A DNA stretch of 64,000 nucleotides, taken from assembly GCA_012519085.1 (NCBI GenBank), contig JAAYQX010000005.1, forward strand, positions 596-64,595, in the 5' to 3' direction. The first letter of the stretch is position 1. Every line of letters begins with the position of its first letter. Of the stretch, positions 58,432 through 64,000 are shown piece by piece. The position numbers were made by a program, and so were the translations under genes. The stretch is from Clostridiaceae bacterium (GTDB taxonomy: Bacteria; Bacillota; Clostridia; Saccharofermentanales; DTU023). The notes beneath the pieces are model-generated. The model saw nothing but the letters and a program-made list of their open reading frames with translations, did no database searches and was not told the DNA's origin.

Positions 58432-58791
58432 TTACACCAGATTCTCATTCAGGTCACGACCGGCCAGCATATGGATATGCAAATGCATAACGGTCTGGCC
58501 GGCTCCGGGTCCACAGTTGATAATCAGCCTGAAGCCTGAGTCGGTTAGCCCCAGTATCTTTGCTACCTTGAGAACAGCTTGTAATAATTGACCTATGACT
58601 GTCTGCCCTTCTTCATCTTCAGCCAAAGTCAAAATGCTCTCACTATGGTGCTTGGGCACCAGTAAAACATGATAATCCGCCTGGGGGTTCAGATCGTGAA
58701 AGGCTACGATATTATCATCTTCCCAGACCATTTTAGTCGGAATCTCGCCGGTCGCTATTTTGCAAAAAATACAATTTTCCTGTTTTCTCAT
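58432..58791 (-). CDS. HIT-family (histidine triad) nucleotide hydrolase
   Basis: The start is moved to the ATG at 58791 (GAGGAGGTCAAA-ATG; MRKQENCIFCKIATGEIP...). The histidine triad is HLHIHML. Confidence 0.92.
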   Translation of the reverse strand: MRKQENCIFCKIATGEIPTKMVWEDDNIVAFHDLNPQADYHVLLVPKHHSESILTLAEDEEGQTVIGQLLQAVLKVAKILGLTDSGFRLIINCGPGAGQTVMHLHIHMLAGRDLNENLV

Positions 58792-58817
58792 TTTGACCTC
58801 CTCTAATCGAATTACCG

Positions 58818-61478
58818 TCACTTTACAATTTGTTGCTCAATCAGTTTTTTCACCTGTGTCAAGGCCTGATCCAGCTTATCCGGGTCCCGTCCTCCGGCCT
58901 GCGCCATTTCAGGTCTGCCACCACCACCGCCGCCTGTAATACGAGCTGCCTCACGCACTATATCCCCGGCATGAATGCCAGCAGCGACAGCAGACTTGGT
59001 AGCCATCGCCAGCCAAAGAATCTTATCATCCACAGTAGCGGCTAAAACTACTACCGCATTGTCGAAATGATCTCGTATACGATCACCTGCCGTCCGTAAG
59101 TCTTCCGCATTTGTAACCTCGATTTGACTAACAACAGCAGTAACGGGTCCTATTACAGTCGCCCGGGTCAAAAGCTTGTTCGCAGTAGCAGCTATATCCT
59201 GACTTCTTAATACCGATAATTCATGCTGCAGGCTTTTAATCTCACTTTGAAGAGAATCTATCTTGTTGGCAAGCTCGGTTCCGGTCGTCTTCAGTTTATC
59301 TGCAGTGTGACGCACAATATGCCTAAACTGCAACAGAGCAGATAGAGCTTTTAATCCAGTCACTGCTTCAATTCTACGTACTCCGGCTGCAATACCGCTT
59401 TCGCTCAGCAAAGTAAAAATCTGCACCTGCCCGGAGCGGCTGAGATGAGTGCCGCCGCACAATTCCAGGGAAAAATCCCCAATCCTGATCATCCGTACAG
59501 GATCCGAATATTTTTCATCAAATAGGGCCAGTGCGCCGGCAGCAGTAGCTTCTGCCAGAGGCACAAGCTCTGTTGTAATGGCAAGATCTTTGTCAATAGC
59601 CTCGTTGACCAGCCATTCAACGGCATCCCTCTGTTCCAGTGTCAGAGAACCTTGATGTGTAAAGTCAAAACGGAGATAATCAGCTTCAACATAGGAGCCG
59701 GCCTGATGCACTTGCTCACCCAGAACCTGTCTTAGTGCCTGATGCAACAGATGCGTTGCCGTATGATTTCGGGTCGTAGCCAGTCGCACAGCTTGATCAA
59801 CTTCCAGAATAACCTCATCACCAACTTGGATCTGACCGTCCGTCAGCTCAGCATAATGCAGGTATACCCCCTGATCAGTGGTTACAGTATTGTCAACTTT
59901 CAGCACAGCCGTCTCGGTTCTAATCCAACCCACATCACCCTTTTGTCCGCCGCTTTCAGCATAAAAGGGCGTGCTGGGCACGACAATAAGCAACTGATCA
60001 CCCGGAACGGCCTGTTCAATTACTGAGAGCTTATCATCGTCCGGCTGTCGAAGAATCAACAGACTGATCTGACCGGCAGCACGCATTTGATTGTAGCCTA
60101 CAAACTCCGTCGGCGGCAGAGCTGCCAACTCTTCAGGCATAGCATCGGCATCCCAGGCCGAACCTGACTTGGCACGTAAGGCCTGCCTGGCGGCTTCGCG
60201 TTGACGTTCCATCTGCGCTCTGAACTCCACTTCATCAATATCGATCCCCGCCTCGGCAGCAATCTCTCGGGTTAAGTCAATCGGGAAACCGAAAGTATCA
60301 TGGAGCTTGAAAGCATCGGAACCGGACAGAACCTCACCTGCCTCTTCTTGTACCCTAGCTATCAGATTCTTGAGAACGCTTAGTCCCTGAGCTATGGTCG
60401 CAGAAAAACGCTCCTCTTCCATACGCAGAGAACTGACAATCAGTTTTTCTCTTTCAATCAACTCCGGATAAACACTGCCGGATATCTCGATGACTTTTGG
60501 CACCAATTCAAATAAGAAAGGCCTTTCAATTGCCAGCAGCCTGCCATGACGAGCAGCTCGCCTTATCAAACGTCTGAGCACATATCCACGCCCTTCATTG
60601 CCCGGTAATACCCCATCACTGATCAGCATCACGGCACTGCGCAAATGATCAGCAATTACGCGCAGAGAAATATCTTTGATCTGATCTGTGCCATAAGCTG
60701 TTCGGCAATAGTCGGCAACAGTCTTCAAAAGTTCTTGAATGGTATCGACTTCAAAGATATTCCCGACGCCCTGCATCACCGCAGCCAGACGTTCCAGACC
60801 CATGCCGGTATCAATATTTTTCTGTTCCAGTACAGTATAACTGCCATCCTCTTCACGATAAAACTGAGTAAAAACCAGATTCCAGACCTCAACGAAACGA
60901 TCACAATCACAGCCCGGCGCACAAGCGGGATCTCCACAACCATGTTCGACACCACGGTCATAGTAGATTTCTGAACAAGGACCACAGGGACCGACTCCAT
61001 GCTCCCAATAATTATGTTCTTTGCCAAGGCGGGAGATATGGGAAGGGTCAATCGGCATTGTTTCCCAGATATCATGAGCCTCATCATCTTCCAGATAAAC
61101 AGTCGCATACAGTCTTTCCGATGGGATCGCTAAGACTTGGGTCAGGAATTCCCAGGCCCAAGCAATTGTTTCCGTTTTGAAATAATCACCAAAAGAAAAA
61201 TTTCCTAGCATCTCAAAAAATGTAGCATGCCGGCTAGTCTTGCCAACATGATCAATATCAGGAGTTCTCAGACATTTCTGGCAAGTGGTGACACGCAGTG
61301 ACGGTGGTTCCAGTGCCCCCGTAAAATAGGGTTTCAAGGGTGTCATGCCGGCATTAATTAGCAGCAGAGAGGGATCATGCTGAGGTACCAGAGAAAAACT
61401 GGGCAAACGCAGATGCCCTTTTTCTTCAAAAAAGCTTAAAAAAAGCTCGCGCAACTGATTGAGACCAAATTTTACCAC
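58818..61478 (-). CDS. alaS: Alanyl-tRNA synthetase
   Basis: The start is moved to the GTG at 61478 (GGAGGCAATATAACC-GTG; VKFGLNQLRELFLSFFEEKGH...). Class II core, editing-domain motifs (HTATHLLH, CGGTH) and a DHHA1-like C-terminus are present. Length 886 aa. Confidence 0.95.
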   Translation of the reverse strand: MVKFGLNQLRELFLSFFEEKGHLRLPSFSLVPQHDPSLLLINAGMTPLKPYFTGALEPPSLRVTTCQKCLRTPDIDHVGKTSRHATFFEMLGNFSFGDYFKTETIAWAWEFLTQVLAIPSERLYATVYLEDDEAHDIWETMPIDPSHISRLGKEHNYWEHGVGPCGPCSEIYYDRGVEHGCGDPACAPGCDCDRFVEVWNLVFTQFYREEDGSYTVLEQKNIDTGMGLERLAAVMQGVGNIFEVDTIQELLKTVADYCRTAYGTDQIKDISLRVIADHLRSAVMLISDGVLPGNEGRGYVLRRLIRRAARHGRLLAIERPFLFELVPKVIEISGSVYPELIEREKLIVSSLRMEEERFSATIAQGLSVLKNLIARVQEEAGEVLSGSDAFKLHDTFGFPIDLTREIAAEAGIDIDEVEFRAQMERQREAARQALRAKSGSAWDADAMPEELAALPPTEFVGYNQMRAAGQISLLILRQPDDDKLSVIEQAVPGDQLLIVVPSTPFYAESGGQKGDVGWIRTETAVLKVDNTVTTDQGVYLHYAELTDGQIQVGDEVILEVDQAVRLATTRNHTATHLLHQALRQVLGEQVHQAGSYVEADYLRFDFTHQGSLTLEQRDAVEWLVNEAIDKDLAITTELVPLAEATAAGALALFDEKYSDPVRMIRIGDFSLELCGGTHLSRSGQVQIFTLLSESGIAAGVRRIEAVTGLKALSALLQFRHIVRHTADKLKTTGTELANKIDSLQSEIKSLQHELSVLRSQDIAATANKLLTRATVIGPVTAVVSQIEVTNAEDLRTAGDRIRDHFDNAVVVLAATVDDKILWLAMATKSAVAAGIHAGDIVREAARITGGGGGGRPEMAQAGGRDPDKLDQALTQVKKLIEQQIVK

Positions 61479-61848
61479 GGTTATATTGCCTCCTGTCCTA
61501 TCCAAAAAGTTTAGCAGACGTCATGACCATCGACAAGTTTATCATAAGAGATTACTACTAAGTTACAAGTAACGAATTTGACAGTTGACAATAAAGTAGA
61601 ATTGTGGCACTTTAGCTTATACATTATTTAACCAGCTGACAGGTTATAATCGATATGGTACAGCAGGTAGAAACACAGGCAGGGCAACGGATAGAAAGAA
61701 AGATCTATCTATTTATTATGTCTTTTGCTAATAAATTCAATACTAAAACTATATTTAGTTATAAGAAAGTGGCTGCGTAACCCAAGTTGTGCAGTCGTTT
61801 TTAATGTTGTGAAAAGCAAATTATAGTTTGGCAACCAGGGGGAAGGAA

Positions 61849-63459
61849 ATGAAGACCAGGCAAAAGAACAGGTCAGTGCTACTTGCCACAATGTTAGTTT
61901 TAACAGTTTTAGCATCTAAGGCATTTGCGGTAACACTCTTTGCGAATAGCCCTGCGGATGGAACGGAACCTATGTCTGCAACAAAAGGAGATAGCATTGA
62001 TGAATCTTCCGTCAAGGCTACAGCATCGGGTGATGTGGTAATTAACGAGACGAATTTTCCTGATGAAATCTTCAGAGTACATGTAAGACAATACGATACA
62101 GACAATGATGGTACCCTACAGGAATCTGAGCTTAGTGTCGTAACTAAAATGAATGGCAACGACAAGGGTATAGCCGATATGACGGGAATTGAGCATTTTA
62201 CCAGCCTGACTCATCTTTATTGTTCCTCTAATCAGCTGACAGAGCTGGACGTATCTGACCTAACTAATCTGCGTTGGCTCTGGTGTTATTCTAATCAGCT
62301 AACAGAGCTGAACATATCGAATCTAACTGACCTGACTAGTTTTGACTGTGGTCATAATCAGCTAACTGAACTTGATGTAACTGATCTCATTAGCCTGAAA
62401 TATTTTCTCTGTAATTCCAATAATCTAACGAATCTGGACACATCCAGCCTAAATAATCTAATTGAGTTTTACTGTGGTTCTAATCAATTAACAGAGCTTA
62501 ACGTAGCGAATTTAACGAACCTGACTAAGCTTTCTTGTTTTAATAATCATCTGACGGGGCTGGATTTATCTGCCTGTACAAAGCTACAGCAGTTGACGAC
62601 TTGCCCGCAGACAACAAGTACAGTTCTCGCTGTCAAAGATGGGGATCAGTATACGATTAATTTGGGCAATTTAACCGCTGTGGACATAGAAAACATATTG
62701 GAAGTGACGCTAGCTGACGGTCAGCCGCTTCCAAACGGTTACAGTTATGATGCCGGCAATGGCATTCTAACGATAGGAGCTGAAATGGAGCTGGTGAAAC
62801 TAAGGTATCTCTATGACACGAAGGCTAATTTGGACAATATTGATGCTCAACCTTATATGGAGGTATATTTTAAACCTGAAATTCTTACAGGCTGGGTAGA
62901 AGAAGCCGGTGAATGGTATTTTTACGATGAGACCGGTGAAAAGGTAACCGGTTGGCTCTTAGATAACGGCAGGTGGTACTTCTTAAATCGTAGTTCTGGT
63001 GCCATGCGAACTGGTTGGCTATTATATGGAGGTAAATGGTACTTCCTGAATCGTAGTTCCGGTGCCATGCAAACCGGCTGGCTCTTGGACAGTGGCAGGT
63101 GGTACTTCCTGAATCGTAGTTCCGGCGCCATGAAAACCGGCTGGCTATTAGATGGAGGTAAGTGGTACTTCTTAGATCGTAAATCCGGTGTCATGAAGAC
63201 CGGCTGGCTATTAGATGGAGGTAAGTGGTACTTCTTAGATCGTAAATCCGGTGTCATGAAGACCGGCTGGCTATTAGATGGAGGTAAGTGGTACTTCTTA
63301 GATCATAAATCCGGTGTCATGAAGACCGGTTGGCTATTAGATGGAGGTAAGTGGTACTTCTTAGATCGTAAATCCGGTGTCATGAAGACCGGTTGGGTTT
63401 TAGATAATGGTAAATGGTACTTATTCGATAGTAATGGCGTTTATATTCGTTCCGGTTAG
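61849..63459 (+). CDS. Secreted surface protein: leucine-rich repeats plus cell-wall-binding (choline-binding-type) repeats
   Basis: The start is moved to the ATG at 61849 (GGGGGAAGGAA-ATG). It has a signal peptide MKTRQKNRSVLLATMLVLTVLASKAFA, a dockerin/EF-hand-like DTDNDGTLQESE motif, about six ~22-aa LRRs (62188-62596; ...SNQLTELDVSDLTNL...) and nine 20-aa GW-x-x-x-G-x-WY-F repeats at the C-terminus. Confidence 0.85.
   Translation: MKTRQKNRSVLLATMLVLTVLASKAFAVTLFANSPADGTEPMSATKGDSIDESSVKATASGDVVINETNFPDEIFRVHVRQYDTDNDGTLQESELSVVTKMNGNDKGIADMTGIEHFTSLTHLYCSSNQLTELDVSDLTNLRWLWCYSNQLTELNISNLTDLTSFDCGHNQLTELDVTDLISLKYFLCNSNNLTNLDTSSLNNLIEFYCGSNQLTELNVANLTNLTKLSCFNNHLTGLDLSACTKLQQLTTCPQTTSTVLAVKDGDQYTINLGNLTAVDIENILEVTLADGQPLPNGYSYDAGNGILTIGAEMELVKLRYLYDTKANLDNIDAQPYMEVYFKPEILTGWVEEAGEWYFYDETGEKVTGWLLDNGRWYFLNRSSGAMRTGWLLYGGKWYFLNRSSGAMQTGWLLDSGRWYFLNRSSGAMKTGWLLDGGKWYFLDRKSGVMKTGWLLDGGKWYFLDRKSGVMKTGWLLDGGKWYFLDHKSGVMKTGWLLDGGKWYFLDRKSGVMKTGWVLDNGKWYLFDSNGVYIRSG
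62890..63456 (+). repeat. Nine tandem 60-bp cell-wall-binding repeat units; four central units (63136-63375) are nearly identical
   Basis: The protein units are GWLLDGGKWYFLD[R/H]KSGVMKT x4, flanked by more divergent copies. The DNA of the four central units differs at only a few bases. Confidence 0.92.
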
Positions 63460-63481
63460 ATAGGCAAACAGGGGGAAGGAA

Positions 63482-64000
63482 ATGAAGACCAAGCAAAAGA
63501 GCAGATCAGTTCTACTGGCCATACTGTTAGTAATAGCAGTTTTGACCTCCCAGGTATTTACGCTGACACTCTTTGCGAGTAGCCCTGCGGATAGAGCAGA
63601 ACCTATGCCTGCAGCGGAAGAGACTGCAGAAACCGGCACTTCTGAAGAAGACGTTGCGCCGACTGACGAAGATGGGCCTACTCCCACAGAAGAGCATGAG
63701 TTGACAATTGAAGAAGCATTTGCGGAAGTAGCACAGGAAGGAGAGCCCGCAGTGACAGATTCAGCAGCTGACAACACTGCCGAGGAAGATGATGTTGCCA
63801 GCGAAACATTGGAACAGGGCGAAGAAACCGACAATGCCGAAGAAGATAAGCCTAAATCTGAAGATATGCTTGCGGAAACAACAGATACAGCACCCGAAGG
63901 AGAGTCCGCAGTTGACAACACAACTGATGAATATGCCGTAGCTAGCGAAGCAGCGGAAGTAGATAGCGTTAATAAGTCTGCTGTCAGGGTTTTAGCATCC
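63482..64000 (+). CDS. Secreted acidic protein, paralogous N-terminus to the preceding surface protein (3' end runs off the window)
   Basis: Absent from the track because it has no in-window stop. The ATG at 63482 follows GGGGGAAGGAA. My translation gives MKTKQKSRSVLLAILLVIAVLTSQVFTLTLFASSPADRAEPMPAAEETAETGTSEEDVAPTDEDG..., which stays open to 64000. The RBS, signal peptide and first ~40 codons are ~80% identical at DNA level to 61836-61985. Confidence 0.7.
   Translation, partial: MKTKQKSRSVLLAILLVIAVLTSQVFTLTLFASSPADRAEPMPAAEETAETGTSEEDVAPTDEDGPTPTEEHELTIEEAFAEVAQEGEPAVTDSAADNTAEEDDVASETLEQGEETDNAEEDKPKSEDMLAETTDTAPEGESAVDNTTDEYAVASEAAEVDSVNKSAVRVLAS

Noticed and set aside
61479-61848. 370-bp region upstream of alaS examined for a T-box leader or other riboswitch, plus a weak hairpin with T-run at ~61770-61802 on the plus strand
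   Set aside because: No T-box motif (GGTGGnACCGnG), specifier architecture or terminator/antiterminator pair is present on the alaS strand. The plus-strand hairpin has only a 6-bp stem with a 14-nt loop and no convincing upstream promoter.
63136-63375. Regularly spaced near-identical 60-bp repeats (also 18541-18855 and 1356-1487) considered as possible CRISPR arrays
   Set aside because: The units are directly contiguous with no unique spacers, are in frame within long ORFs and encode known protein repeat types. No cas genes are present in the window.
62922-63921. Minus-strand ORFs 62922..63257 and 63421..63921
   Set aside because: They are antisense shadows of the cell-wall-binding repeats and of the acidic N-terminal region of the partial plus-strand gene. 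The plus-strand frames have RBSs, signal peptides and recognisable domains.
1-64000. Search for mobile-element hallmarks (transposase, integrase, terminal inverted repeats, phage modules) and classical defence genes
   Set aside because: No ORF in the track or in my own reading shows DDE/tyrosine/serine recombinase, RT, Cas, restriction-modification or toxin-antitoxin signatures. The only mobility hint is the compositional step next to tRNA-Lys, which is reported as a finding.

Overview
The window looks like a Firmicutes/Clostridia-type chromosome segment. It is densely coding (about 50 CDS, 2 tRNAs), mostly on the minus strand, with no CRISPR array, transposase, integrase or phage gene that I can see. 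From about 7.9 kb to 64 kb it is housekeeping DNA at roughly 45% GC by hand counts: T-box-regulated thrS, tdh-kbl, an SbcD/SbcC-like (YhaO/YhaN-like) pair, ferritin, an L,D-transpeptidase, tkt, secA, mreC-mreD-PBP2, radC, holA, comEC, engB, two tandem PRPP-synthetase-like genes, a BlaI/BlaR1-like pair, rqcH, queH, ruvCAB, an LCP protein, rpsT, an ABC exporter pair, rnj, relA, recJ, rpsU, a HIT protein, alaS and two LRR/cell-wall-binding surface proteins. The first ~7.7 kb is visibly GC-richer (35-36 of 60 nt against 27-28 of 60 in sampled lines). It encodes an OmpR-type two-component system plus a YknXYZ/MacAB-like ABC efflux module with two adaptor proteins, and it ends at the 3' end of a tRNA-Lys gene, so it may be an acquired island. 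Candidates worth a second look, in rough order: (1) an orphan trio of TadE/TadG-like pseudopilin-type genes (24.2-26.9 kb) with no Tad machinery nearby, one carrying an uncharacterised C-terminal domain; (2) an intact Mre11/SbcD-like phosphoesterase translationally coupled to a Rad50/SbcC/YhaN-like coiled-coil protein whose Walker A and B motifs are replaced; (3) tandem, divergent, long PRPP-synthetase paralogues, one apparently degenerate; (4) the efflux island, with identical CTTTAGG direct-repeat boxes in both promoters and repeat-bearing adaptor proteins; (5) a BlaR1-like protease with an unusually N-proximal HExxH and an internally duplicated sensor domain behind a nested-palindrome operator. 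All coordinates of small motifs were counted by hand. All homology calls rest on motif recognition in the translated ORFs, not on database searches.
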